From NCBI RefSeq assembly GCF_006345805.1, contig NC_043005.1:53134001-53198000 (forward strand): a stretch of DNA of 64,000 nt, in the 5' to 3' direction. The notes beneath the pieces were generated by a model. It was not told the DNA's origin. It saw only the letters and a program-made list of their open reading frames with translations, and searched no databases. This document shows positions 26,666-39,067 of the stretch, piece by piece. Position 1 is the first letter of the stretch. Every line of letters starts with the position of its first letter. Source of the DNA: Octopus sinensis (taxonomy: Eukaryota). Both the position numbers and the translations under genes were made by a program.

Positions 26666-26890
26666 ATATATATATGTTTGTGTGTCTGTGTTTGTCCTCC
26701 CCAACATCGCTTGACAACCGATGCTGGTGTGTTTACGTACCCGTAACGTAGTAGTTCGGCAAAAGAGACCGATAGAATAAGTACTAGGCTTACAAAGAAT
26801 AAGTCCTCGGGTCGATTTGATCGACTAAAGGCGGTGCTCCAGCATGGCCACAGTCAAATGACTGAAACAAGTAGAAGAGTAAAAGAGTAA
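26460..26890 (+). mobile_element. SINE family B
   Basis: GGGTTCAGTCCCACTGCGTGGCACCTTGGGCAAGTGTCTT, internal (TA)n(TG)n, tail GACTGAAACAAGTAGAAGAGTAAAAGAG. Confidence 0.88.
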
Positions 26891-27049
26891 TATATTGTAG
26901 TGAATGACCCACTCGTTATACTACATTATGTAATTTTGTACAATAAATGCTCTAATTTCGAAAATGATGTACAAGTTTATATAATCAAAACCACCAAAAT
27001 ATATGCTTATTTTCATATTGGCTATACGATCTTATATTTTTCATAAGTT

Positions 27050-27483
27050 GGATCTTTTCGGTTTGAACGGCAGTTTTTAACATAATATCTAGGTAACTAA
27101 AAAATTTTAAACTTCGTATACTGGTAGAATGTGTTTATAAAACATCTTTTTCTCGTGGCTTTTTTGAGAAAATTCTATAGTTTGTAAGATATTTGTTGTT
27201 TTTTTCTTCAATTTCTGCAATTTCAACCAATCACTGACGTCCATTGAGGTAAACAACATTCTATGCCGTATGAATATGTCCCTCGTTTAAGAAACAGATT
27301 GGGTTTATTTATATTTGTGAAGAAAAAAAGATACCCATCCCCCCACTCCTAATCCCTAACCCTAACTAACCCTAACCCTAAAATAGATTGAAATGCAATA
27401 GCTCGATACTAGAGTCATAATTATGGGTGACAATTTCATATGACAGCGCTAGAAAAAAACTGCCGTTCAAACCGAAAAGGTCC
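27050..27483. mobile_element. 434-bp MITE with 29-bp TIR and 8-bp TSD, carrying CCCTAA repeats
   Basis: GGATCTTTTCGGTTTGAACGGCAGTTTTT ... AAAAACTGCCGTTCAAACCGAAAAGGTCC; TSD CATAAGTT at 27042-27049 and 27484-27491. Confidence 0.9.
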
Positions 27484-27752
27484 CATAAGTTTTCAAGGCA
27501 CAGAAGATTTAGTTTATAAAAATACAACAAATAACCGAATGACTCCAGTCAGTAATTAGAGCCCGTGGTGAATAATATAGAAAATGAATTATATAAATGG
27601 GAACAACTTCAATATCTTTAACTAGTCAAGGGTGTTAGGCACAAAAAATACATCAGCATGGCCGCAGGTATGAGCTGAAAGTAGACAGAAAGTATATGTG
27701 TATATGTGTAAATATACGTACACACGCACACATACACACACATGCACACACA

Positions 27753-27795
<43 letters not shown>

Positions 27796-28267
27796 ATATC
27801 TGAATGTGCACACACATGCGCGTAATGTAATATCTCTATTGCACGCCGCCTGTTGATTTTACATTTATATTGTAAGTGAAATATGGTTGACAGCACTTAT
27901 ACACAAACTCACACACACACACACACACGCACACACACACGATCGCACGCGAGCAATACACTCACACGTCAATGTATGTATCGTTGTTCCCGTTTATGCC
28001 TTTGTCAAATCACCGCTGGTTAAAACAATATTGTTGTTATGCAAAATAGTAATTTGTCAATTAGCCAAAAGATAAAAAAAAACAAAACAAAGCAAAAAAA
28101 ATTTTGAAATATAAAAAAAAAGCACACTGAAATATGGAGTGGGGTTTGTTAAGATCGATTAAAAAATATAAAACAAACAAACCTTGAAGTCGTTGTCTCA
28201 AAAAGCCAGTAATTCAATAAATGAAAGTAATTTAGGAAAATGCATATGTCCACGCATATGTGTGTGC

Positions 28268-28269
<2 letters not shown>

Positions 28270-28348
<79 letters not shown>

Positions 28349-28349
28349 G

Positions 28350-28398
<49 letters not shown>

Positions 28399-28406
28399 CT
28401 AATCTA

Positions 28407-28467
<61 letters not shown>

Positions 28468-28487
28468 CCTGTCTGTATGTATCTACG

Positions 28488-28519
<32 letters not shown>

Positions 28520-28709
28520 TTATGTATGTATGTATGTATGTATGTATGTATGTATGTATGTATCTATCTATCTATCTATCTATCTGTCTGTCTGTTTAAC
28601 TGTATATCTGTCTGGCTGGCTGTAAGTCCGTTTCTCTCACTCTCGTTTTCTCCTTTCATTTTTTTTTCTTTCTTTTTGTCTTTCTGTCTGTCAGTCTGTC
28701 CGTCTGTCC

Positions 28710-28770
<61 letters not shown>
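28270..28770. repeat. Compound (CTAT)n(GTAT)n(GTCT)n(CT)n microsatellite without LINE insertion
   Basis: direct reading. Confidence 0.95.
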
Positions 28771-28771
<1 letters not shown>

Positions 28772-29218
28772 GTATATATATATATATGTATATGTACACA
28801 CACATATGTCTATATGTATCCACATATTTAAGTCTACATGCATACGTCTACACGCACACACATACACTGATGCAATTTCTTCTCTTTACCGATTCTATTC
28901 TTTTGCAGAGGTGGAATGGTTTCTAATTTCCTGCACTGTAAAGCTTGAGGCTACCACAATAAGATTCCAGCTGAGAGGCGGAATGTAATGTTTGAAGGAA
29001 AGAGCTTTTGAGACATCGCTGGTTCTTCTATACCTCTTTGGCCATAGTCACCTTTACTCCAGCCACCTGTTTTAAGCTGTCTTTCAGGAATATATAAATA
29101 CACATATACATACGTATGTTTTCTACTATATATATATTATATATATATATATATGTATATATATGTGTGTGTGTGCGCTATATATATATATATATATTAT
29201 ATTATATAATATATATAT

Positions 29219-29252
<34 letters not shown>

Positions 29253-29659
29253 ACATATATATATATATACACATATATATATATATGTATATATATGTGT
29301 AATATTATGTAATATATGTACGTAGGAATGTCTGTGTATATATGTAGATATATTCCCTATCCTAATGCCCTCTCTCTTTCTCATTGAATGGCTTCTCATT
29401 TTGCTTCTCACTATCTCTAACCCACTCACGTTCTATATTTTAATCTTGCTTCGAAAATGCCATCTTATATTCTATTTCCCTCTGCAATTTTCTTATTATT
29501 CTGTTTATTTCTTATCACTTTATTTTTATACTTTAGCTAATTTTCAATTCCTTTTTTCGTGCAAACGTTTCTTTTTTTTTTTTTTTGCTATCCTTCTTAT
29601 TATGCGTTTTTCGTTTTTTTATATTTATTTCTATTTTGCTTCCAAAAATATTTCGGTAC

Positions 29660-29825
29660 CATTGCTTGTGTGGAAAGTTTCAGTTTTGATAGTAAGACAC
29701 GAAGTATTGTTATTACTTCTGTGACTGATTTCTCTCTCTACCAATCTTCTTAGAATGTCTGGCGAAAGTTCATTGAGTGCTTTCGTAAGAATATTTACTT
29801 GGTTCTGTGTGTTTTCCACTGACAT
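29660..29825 (-). CDS. Candidate coding exon (166 bp) of an unidentified gene
   Basis: acceptor TTTTTTTTTAAAG|ATG, donor AATG|GTACCG; only one open frame, MSVENTQNQVNILTKALNELSPDILRRLVEREISHRSNNNTSCLTIKTETFHTSN, non-repetitive composition. Confidence 0.5.
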
Positions 29826-30181
29826 CTTTAAAAAAAAACTCAGTGCAAATAAATAAGTGAATAAATAAACCAAAATATAAAGCAAAAAAGAGAAAAAAAT
29901 GCTTCCCCCTCTTCACACAATAAAAAAATCTTAAAAAAAACGACATTAAAAACATAAAAAAAACCCAGCAAATTTCCAGACTAAGACCGAGGTGAGATGT
30001 GTTTCTATTTCTTCTCTCTTTTTCTTTGTATTTTTCAAAGTATTTTTTCTGTTTGTTTTCTCTCGCTCACTATTTTCTCCAATATGTTGTCAGTCTTCAA
30101 AATACAAATTTATTTTTGGTCATGTATGTTTGTATGTAAGTATGCATGTATAGATGTAAGTATATATGTATATGTATGTGC

Positions 30182-30231
<50 letters not shown>

Positions 30232-30907
30232 ATAGTGTATATATATACATGTGTATAAATGTATATATATAATATATATATTATATATATAATATATATT
30301 CTATGCATATATATAATAAATATATAGCGTATGTATATATGTGTACAGCTATTGTGTCCATAGTTCTAGATGAGTATTCGACAGTACGAGTATGTGTGTC
30401 TACACGTATATGCAAGCATCTATCTATAACTGAAGGACCTTACATGCACACACGCACAAACATACACACACATATATCTATATATACGTATATTGTCTTA
30501 TGTGTGCATGTCTATTAAAGTATGTTTGTATGTATATCTGTGTGTATATGCATGTATATATATATATATATATATATATACATGCTTATACACATACACA
30601 TATATATATATACATGGATATACACATACATACGTATATATATATATATATAATAAATATATATATATATACATACATATAAACATATGCGTGTGAGCGT
30701 ATTTGTGTCTGTGTATATTGTGTGTGTGTGTGTGTGTGTGTGTATGTAATGTGCGTGTATGGATTTGAATTTTTCTTCTGTACCTCCAGTTGGCATAGAC
30801 TTTCACAATGACGATAGATATTGATTCCAATGTATCTAATAGACACAACATTTGAAGACAACAAAAGTACAGAAAGAAAACAACAATGTAAGAATTCCTG
30901 AACTATA

Positions 30908-30938
<31 letters not shown>

Positions 30939-30945
30939 CTATATA

Positions 30946-30992
<47 letters not shown>

Positions 30993-31013
30993 ATATATAT
31001 AATATATATATTA

Positions 31014-31045
<32 letters not shown>

Positions 31046-31637
31046 CATATATATATATAATATATATATATATATACATACATACATATACATATGACTT
31101 TACGTGTCTCTCCATGTATATATAGATGTATATGTGTGTATGAAGACTTGACACATGTGGACTTAGTATTTAAACGTAGAAGGTAAACACCTAAAAAAAT
31201 TATACATCATAAACTACAATGCCAACAAATACGGCGAAAAGAGCAACATGACCACCATCAGCTACTACTGATCAATAATGATAAACATTATTATTGCTAT
31301 GATAACAATAATGTGCACAATATTCATAATAATGTGGGTACGAAAAGTATTAATCGCTAATAATATTGATAGTTTTATTAAATATTATGGTTGATATAAT
31401 CATGATAATCATCATTTAGTATCTCTTAAATTATATATGTTCACTTTTATATGACTATAGGTACGTACATACATGCATACATACTATACGTATATGCATA
31501 TATACATACACACTGTACATACATTTATATATGCATACATATATATAGTCTTTTGTTTTATTATATGTTTTAGCCATGAGGATGTGTTCATGCTGGGGCA
31601 CCGCCAGTGATATGAATATATATATATATAATATATC

Positions 31638-31813
31638 TGACAATTATTCGGTATCCTTGATAAAACTCCGAGTTTCGGATGTCGGAGCTGAAACCGACGC
31701 CGCCATCTCTTCAGTTATAGGGCCATCGCCCGATCACTGAAGAGATGGCGGCGTGAGTTTCCGCCCCGACATCCGAAACTCGGAGTTTTATCACGGCTAC
31801 CAGATAATTGTCA
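31638..31813. mobile_element. Foldback (hairpin) MITE-like element in a (TA)n tract
   Basis: 78-bp arms 31638-31715 and 31736-31813 are imperfect reverse complements; 20-nt loop. Confidence 0.85.
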
Positions 31814-32058
31814 CATATTATATTTACAGATAATTTCCTCTATTTATATAATATCGAGGTCTCTCATTCTTTTATTGTATTACCATTTCTATCAATGTAT
31901 ATATATAATATATATATATATATATAATATATATATATATATATTATATATATATATACACAAATACTATATATATATATATATATATACATACCAGCAT
32001 ACATGCACATATATACATGCACGCTGGCATACATACACATACATGCATACGTGCATAC

Positions 32059-32129
<71 letters not shown>

Positions 32130-32784
32130 AAATATTAGGAATAAATCCAAACTTCTAGGGAAAAATCAGATTTAGGATTGAATCCAATTTTATAGTAAAA
32201 TATTATATTATATTAAATTAGAGTCCAAACCACTATTATGCAAATCAAACAAAGAAAGACTTAATCCAATACATAAATTAATTTATATTATTTAAAATTT
32301 AACAGTTATTAATATCCACTACGATCGTTTCATGTCTTCTTTTCATCACATCTTTGAGTAGTAGACATTCTTCAGGTGGTTTCAAATATTCTTGGCGAGT
32401 TTAAACATAATAGTGGTTTTGTCTCTAATTTAATATAATATAATATATATATATATATATATGAGTTTAAAATAATTAAATCTGTGTTGCAATGATGAAA
32501 CGGTGCAGAGTTCAATCTTTCGGACTGTGGCTTTTTAACAAATAAAAAAGAACTAGAGATAAAAGCAAAAGAACGGAAAGAGAGTCTGAAGTTTTCAGCA
32601 ATAAAGGACTCTTTATTATTCGTGGTTTTACGCTGAAAATGAATTAAAATAAGTATTAAAATATACTCCCCCATGATCGGAAACATATCATTAATAATTC
32701 TTATTTCTATTACAGCTTGAAAGCCACTGTGGAATGCTGTCAAATTTATTGATCCAGTACTTGATAAATACATATATTAATTCC

Positions 32785-33000
32785 AGATTTTGGCCTAAGG
32801 CCAGCAATTTCGTTAGATTGGGGTAAGTCTATTACATCGACCCCAGTGCTGAGTTGGTATTTATTTTATCAACCCATCGAACCCGAAAAGATGAATAGCA
32901 AAGTCGACCTCGGCAGAATTTGAACTCAGAACATAAAGACGCAAAAATGTAGCTGAACATTTTCCCCGGCAGTCTAATGATCTCGCTAGCTTGATGCCTT
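32785..33000 (-). mobile_element. SINE family A (tail type 2)
   Basis: GGCCAGCAATTT..CATCGACCCCAGT..AAAGTCGACCTCGGCAGAATTTGAACTCAGA. Confidence 0.75.
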
Positions 33001-33224
33001 AGAAGTACTTATATTTGCCACAGTAAAATAGAAAGCAAAACCGAAGCCCGGGTACTTGAATTCAGAATGTAAAAGCGTATCTAAATATCACAGGAATATT
33101 TTGTTTCCGTTTCTGCTGATTCACCGATATTTTCTACACATCGACATACAAAATTGTGTTCTGAAGTTCGGCACAAGTCCACTAATGTTTGTGTCAAAAT
33201 TTCATCAATAATTGATAGTAATAC

Positions 33225-33400
33225 TGGCGTGGGTGTGAAGAAAGGAGCTTACTTTCTAACCACATAGCTCCGGGTTCAGTCTTACTGCGTGGCACTTTGG
33301 GTAAATGCTTTCTATTACAGCCTTGGGCTGACCAAAGCCTTGTGAGCGAATTTAATAGACACTGTAAGAACACCGTCATATGTATATGTGTGCGTATATA
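33225..33400 (+). mobile_element. SINE B, 5' half
   Basis: GGGTTCAGTCTTACTGCGTGGCACTTTGGGTAAA..CCAAAGCCTTGTGAG. Confidence 0.7.
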
Positions 33401-33424
33401 TATATATATATATACATATTTATA

Positions 33425-33702
33425 CAGAGTGCAGCAGAGAGGTTGCCCTAGTTTCAAAGGTTAATAAAATTAAACACATGAAGATGCATGAAAAAAACTT
33501 TGTATTTCTATAAAGTTCATTAAATGCCATCTTTTGTTTCTGTTTCAGGTGGTAGTACCAATAATGTCCTGGAATGAAGAGCATCATTTTTTCATGTATC
33601 TTCCTTTTTTATTAACTTTTGAAATCGAGGGAATCCTTTCTGTCGCTCCTTGTATATATATATTAGCCTTTGAAATCGAGGTGACCTTTCTGCAGTTCCC
33701 TG
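33425..33702. mobile_element. Old Tc1/mariner-type MITE (33425-33652) followed by a second right-TIR copy (33662-33702)
   Basis: degenerate ~43-bp TIR CAG..GC..CAGA.AGG..CCCT..TTTCAAA.GTTAATAA, TA flanks. Confidence 0.6.
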
Positions 33703-33729
33703 TATATATATACATGTATATATGTGTGT

Positions 33730-33764
<35 letters not shown>

Positions 33765-34289
33765 GACGTCACTGAAGGGACAGAGGGCGCAAAGTGGTGC
33801 CGGCATTGCAAGAGTGACATGACTTAAAAATATTTCTATATGATTAAAATATTGTGTTTAACAAACACAGAAAAAGAAACATTTACTATAAAAAACAAAT
33901 CGTATTTTTTCGTTGTCAAGTCACTGTGACTAATCGAAAGGTAACGAGTCTCTTCCCTTTCAGGTTTAAGTTAATTCCGGAGAATGTTCCCATTATGCAC
34001 CGTTTTGGGTATTTATTCCTCGAAAACCCCTAATATCTCCATAACCACTTGTCCGACTTACACGATTTTTTATTTCATTCGTATTTATATTTGGTTGGGG
34101 GGGGGCGCTTAATTCATAGTATTTTCCTATTATGCAGCAGTTTGGCTGGATAACATTGCAAGCAAGTAAGATTCAAGCTGACTCTTAATGTATTATATGC
34201 ATTATGTGTGTGTGTGTGAATTTGTATGCGTGTGTTTGTGTTTGTGCGTGTGTGTGTGTGTATTTGTTTGTTTTCGTGTCTGTGTTCTT

Positions 34290-34480
34290 CTCTCATTACC
34301 ACTTGACAATCAGTGTTGATGTGATTATGTATACGTAAATTATTGTGTCAGATAAAGAGCTCGATAGAATAAGTATCAAGCTTTTAAAAAAAAGTACTTG
34401 GGTAGATTCTTTCGACTAAAATTTCTCAAGACAGAGGCCCAGCATGGCCGCAGTCTGCTGACTGAAATAAGTAATAGATA
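34290..34480 (+). mobile_element. SINE B, 3' half
   Basis: CGATAGAATAAGTA..TTCGACTAAA..CCAGCATGGCCGCAGTC..GACTGAAATAAGTAA. Confidence 0.7.
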
Positions 34481-34499
34481 ATTACAGCGCTAAAGTAAA

Positions 34500-35420
34500 T
34501 AGCGAGCAAATTACGAAAGGACAACGAGTCGAGAGTTTAAGTAAAATAAATAATAGAGGAAATGATACAGACATCTTTTAAACTAAAATAAATGTCCAGT
34601 TACTGACATAAAACTAACAAATGACAGCTAATGTAAAATAAAGAGAATTGAAATCAAATAAATATCTTATATAAGCAACAAAAATAAACACTCAGTGACA
34701 TAATGTAAACATCTAAAATAAACAACAGTTCGAATCATAAGTCATCAACAAAAATAAACTACAATTAGACTAAAATAATGAGAAGACTAGCAGATGAGCG
34801 AATTTAAACATTAAGTAAAATGAATTTTAACCATGTTTGTGAGTAAATGAACCAAAATCCACCTATTCCAACAACTAACTAAAAACAAAATTTAAGTTAA
34901 ACAATAGCTAAACTAAAATAATCGGCAGGTAAATTGAATTTAAAGCTCGGTAAACTCAATCAAGCGCCAAGGAAACTTGAATACATTGCTATTGATTTAA
35001 ACTAATATGAAAGGCAGGCAAACTGTGATAAACTCCTGATGATTTAAAATTGACGGCAGCTACTCTAAAATAAATGACAAGTAACTAAAATTGAAGACAG
35101 ATATGCTAAGTTAAATGGCAAGGAAAATTTAAAGAAATTATATGTAAACTAAAATAAACAAGAGATGAACTACGTTAAATGCAATGCAAGTAAATAAAAT
35201 AATAATAAAAACTTCAGCTGAACTAAAATAGACATAAATTTAATTTAGTTAAAGAAAAACCAAAAAATGATGAAATATAGGTAAATAGCATTTGTGAAAA
35301 GATAAAAGTCACGCAAATAAAACTAAAACTAAAACAAACAACAAAATAAACATCAAAACAACAAAGTTAATAATAAGTAATATAACGCATTAAACGCTAC
35401 GTAAAATAATATACACAAAC
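34500..35420 (+). repeat. Decayed A-rich minisatellite with recurrent AACTAAAATAA motif
   Basis: motif recurs near 34580, 34770, 34910, 35075, 35148, 35221, 35320. Confidence 0.5.
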
Positions 35421-35966
35421 GTTATGGAATTGTGTTGGAATTTTCAGGAGATAATGCTAAGCTATTTTGTAGTATCCTTCGTTCGGGAATATTTTTACAT
35501 AGCGTTATCTTGTCAGTTAAGTACTAATAATTTCGCTACACATTCCCTGACAATGAGAGTGAAAAAGCCAGAAAAACATGCTGCAAAGCATTTCCGTTCG
35601 ATGATTTAACGCACATTGGACTATTTTGGTTTGTTGACAAGAGGAGGATGCAAGTTGGAGTACTGAAGGACGGGAGTATTGTATTTGAATTCAGAACCTA
35701 AATAACCAGAAAATCCGGAAAAGTCCGGAAATATCCGGCAAGGTCTGAGATTCTAACAAATTTGCAAATTGTTCTCCCTAGCTTTCTTACAGGTGAATTA
35801 AATACAGTGCAAAAAAAAATTAGAAAACAACGACTTAACTAAGATAAAATTAAAAAATAAAATAAAACCGGCGTACTAACGATTCTTCCAGCTCATAATA
35901 ATAATAATAATATAATATAATAATAATAATAATAATAATAATATAGTAATAATAATAATAATAATA

Positions 35967-36014
<48 letters not shown>

Positions 36015-36059
36015 TAATAGTAATAATAATAATAATAATAATATAATAAGAAGAAGAAG

Positions 36060-36662
36060 AAGAAGGAATATATTCACAGACATGACAGAGTTGGAACCTA
36101 CATACACTGGAAGCTATGCCAACATTATGGAATAACAACAGAAAAAAGATGGTATAGGCACACACCAGAAAAGGTCACAGCAAACGAGAAAGCAACCATA
36201 CTCTGGGATATGCCAATACACACAGATAGAGAAATTCAGGCCAACAGACAAGATATAGTTGTCAGAGATCATGAAGAAAAAAAATGCTTTCTAATTGATG
36301 TATCAATACCGGCAGATGACAACGTGTCTCTAAAAGAAATGGAGAAACTTTCAAAATACAAAGACCTGGAAATAGAGGTAACCGGAATGTGGAATCTAAA
36401 AACAGAAACAATTCCTATCATAGTAGGTGCATTAGGCATGATAAAAAAATATTCAGACAAATACATAACAAAAACACCAGGACTTACAAACACATATAAC
36501 ATACAGAAAATTGCACTACTAGGCACTGCACACATCCTACGCAGAACACTTTCCATACAATAACCATCAGAGCATCACAACAAATCACAGCATATACCCA
36601 AGGCACACAGAGCTGCGCTCGATAATGAAGTGAAAGCACGCTATAAAAATAAAACTACTGAA
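36060..36662 (+). mobile_element. 5'-truncated Dong/R4-type LINE (family beta, D2) in (TAA)n
   Basis: open frame KEYIHRHDRVG..ILWDMPIHTDREIQANRQDIVV..LIDVSIPAD..EKLSKYKDL..PIIVGALG..LGTAHILRRTLSIQ; (TAA)n(GAA)n before, (TAA)n after. Confidence 0.92.
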
Positions 36663-36676
36663 TATTAATAATAATA

Positions 36677-36723
<47 letters not shown>

Positions 36724-36744
36724 CATACTCCTTTCTACTGAAGG

Positions 36745-36945
36745 CTCAAGACCTGAAATTTTGCGGGAGAGGACAAGTCGATTACATCGGCCCCAGTGTA
36801 TCACCGGTACTTAATGTATCGATCCTGAAAAGATGAAAGGCAAAGTCGACCTCGGTAGTATTTGACCTCAGAACGTAAAGATGGACTAAATACTGCTTAG
36901 CATTTTGTCCGGTATGCTAACGTTTCTGCCAGCTCCCCGTCGTAA
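36745..36945 (-). mobile_element. SINE family A (tail type 2)
   Basis: AAAGTCGACCTCGG..GCTAACGTTTCTGCCAGCTC. Confidence 0.75.
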
Positions 36946-37194
36946 TATTTAATAATAATGATAATAATAATGATGATGATGATGATGATGATGATCGTCA
37001 TCATCTAATTGTCAACTGCAATGATAACAATTACTGCAAAAATCAAAATAGTTTGTGTCAAAGCTAATGGAGAAATGCTTGAGAGAACATACGATAACTA
37101 TCAGGCATAAAAGGAAAAATCTAATATAAAAATATAAAAAAAAACAGAATGAAGACCCAAACTACGACAAATATTAATGACGATAGCAGTGAGA

Positions 37195-37695
37195 AATAGG
37201 AGGAGGAAGAAAACGAGGAGGAGGGGAAGACGAGGAAAGGAAGGAAGACGAGGAGGAGGGGAAGACGAGCAAAAAGAAGGAAAACGAGGAAGAGGAGGGG
37301 AAGACGAGGAGAAGGAGGAAGACGAGGAAGAGGAGGGGAAGACGAGGAGGAGGTAGACGAGGAGGAGAAGAAGGAATACGAGGAAGAGGAGAGAGAAGAT
37401 GATGAGGAGGAGGTAAACGAGGAGAAGGAGGAAGACGAGGAGGAGGAGGGGGAAGACGAGGAGGATGTAGACGAGGAGGAGAAGAAGGAATACGAGGAAG
37501 AGGAGAGAGATGATGAGGAGGAGGTAGACGAGGAGGAGGGGGAAGACGAGGAGGAGAAGAAGGAATACGAGGAAGAGGAGAGAGAAGATGATAAGGAGGA
37601 GGTAAACGAGGAGGAAGGGGAAGACGAGGAGGAAGAGGAAAACGAGGAGGAGGAAGACAAGGAGGAAGACGAGGTGGAGGAGGAGGAGGAGGGTA
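37195..37695 (+). repeat. Polypurine GAG/GAA/GAC tract with a ~60-bp higher-order repeat
   Basis: GACGAGGAGGAGAAGAAGGAATACGAGGAAGAGGAGAGAG occurs three times (~37357, ~37471, ~37546). Confidence 0.85.
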
Positions 37696-38624
37696 TATGA
37701 AGTAGGGGCAGAAAGGGACAGAATAAAGATGTCGATGAGCATAATGATGAAAACAGCATTAATCAGAAAATATTTTCTAGTAAGAACTCTTAATACTCAT
37801 CAAATAAGAATCTATAGAAATCAAACAAAGGTTGTCAGCATGAATTTGTTGGAAATTGGAAGAGCGACGGATAAAAAAATAACGAAAAAAAAAACAGTAT
37901 TAAAAATAAATAAAAAAAAATTATGTAAATGAAATAAGAAATAAAATAGAAAACAAAGCGAAACAGGATTGTAAAGGAATCATGTTCAAAGGAATGGCGT
38001 TCATATAAAACAGTTGGACGCTGAGTTTAAACATTTCTGCAGCAGTGATGACAAAGTTGCCAAAAAAAAAACATTGTAGCTGTTTGCATTACCGAAATAT
38101 AGATATATTAATTACAATGGGGATGAAACAATGAAACAGAAGTAATTTTGATATCGATGTAGCAATGTTCAATTGATAATATAGGCTGGTTGAGGACAAA
38201 AATATATCAATATATTAATAATGAAACTAACCTACTTTCAAGTTACTCCTGTCATTTTTTCAAAAGCAAATACGGAAACTTTTTTTTTCTCTGTGTGTGT
38301 GTCTGTGTGTACAGACAACCTGTTAGGAATAGCGAAATATTTAACTAAATTTATCTCAAATCACACCGTATCGTCTTAAAAAGCGAGAAACGTACCTTCA
38401 AGATAGAGAAGTACTAGATTATGCCAAAAAGTAAATGCCAACAGTAAATGACGAAGGGATGGTCATTACTGGAATGCTTTGACTGAAATCTACTCATCAG
38501 TGTTGGTCTGAGCTAAATAAAAACATTGACCACAGGCTTTTTACAGCATACAAAATATATCATTGTTATACTTGGGGTTGGTCATAATCTACCAATTAAC
38601 CACACGCATTAGCCTTATTATTAC

Positions 38625-38659
<35 letters not shown>

Positions 38660-38760
38660 TATTATATTATTATTAGTAGTAGTAGTAGTAGTAGTAGTAG
38701 TATTGTTGTTGGTCTTCTACTTCTACTACTACTTCTTCTTCTTCTTTTTTCTTCTTATCA

Positions 38761-39041
38761 TTGAGTGAGAGAGCAGTGCGTGTCATCAAAGTGACACTGG
38801 GGTAATATATACGAAGCCCAGTATACCCGTCCTGACTACCCGTCCGATAAGGTTACACCAGGCACATGCATCAGAAACATATGTGCGCGACATGGTGTCT
38901 CATATCAAGATAAACAGCGCATGACATTGCAAGTGGGGCTCAGTTGTAGTTTCCTTCAGGTTGAGTAGCCCATCTTGCTCAAAAGATCCCTGAATAAGGA
39001 CTCTTTAAGGATGCTGAACGAAACGCCCATGTTTCCAAAGG
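38761..39041 (-). mobile_element. Non-coding repeat family F, truncated copy F1, in a TTA/CTT array
   Basis: aligns with 59852-60480; same left end abutting microsatellite. Confidence 0.75.
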
Positions 39042-39067
39042 TTATTATTATTTTATTATTATTTATT

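Noticed and set aside
27349-27382. Interstitial telomere or chromosome fusion scar
   Set aside because: The CCCTAA units are short and sit at the same position inside two copies of a MITE.
37101-37759. 213/212-aa Leu-rich and Ser-rich minus-strand ORFs as membrane or SR proteins
   Set aside because: They are artefacts of a polypyrimidine repeat.
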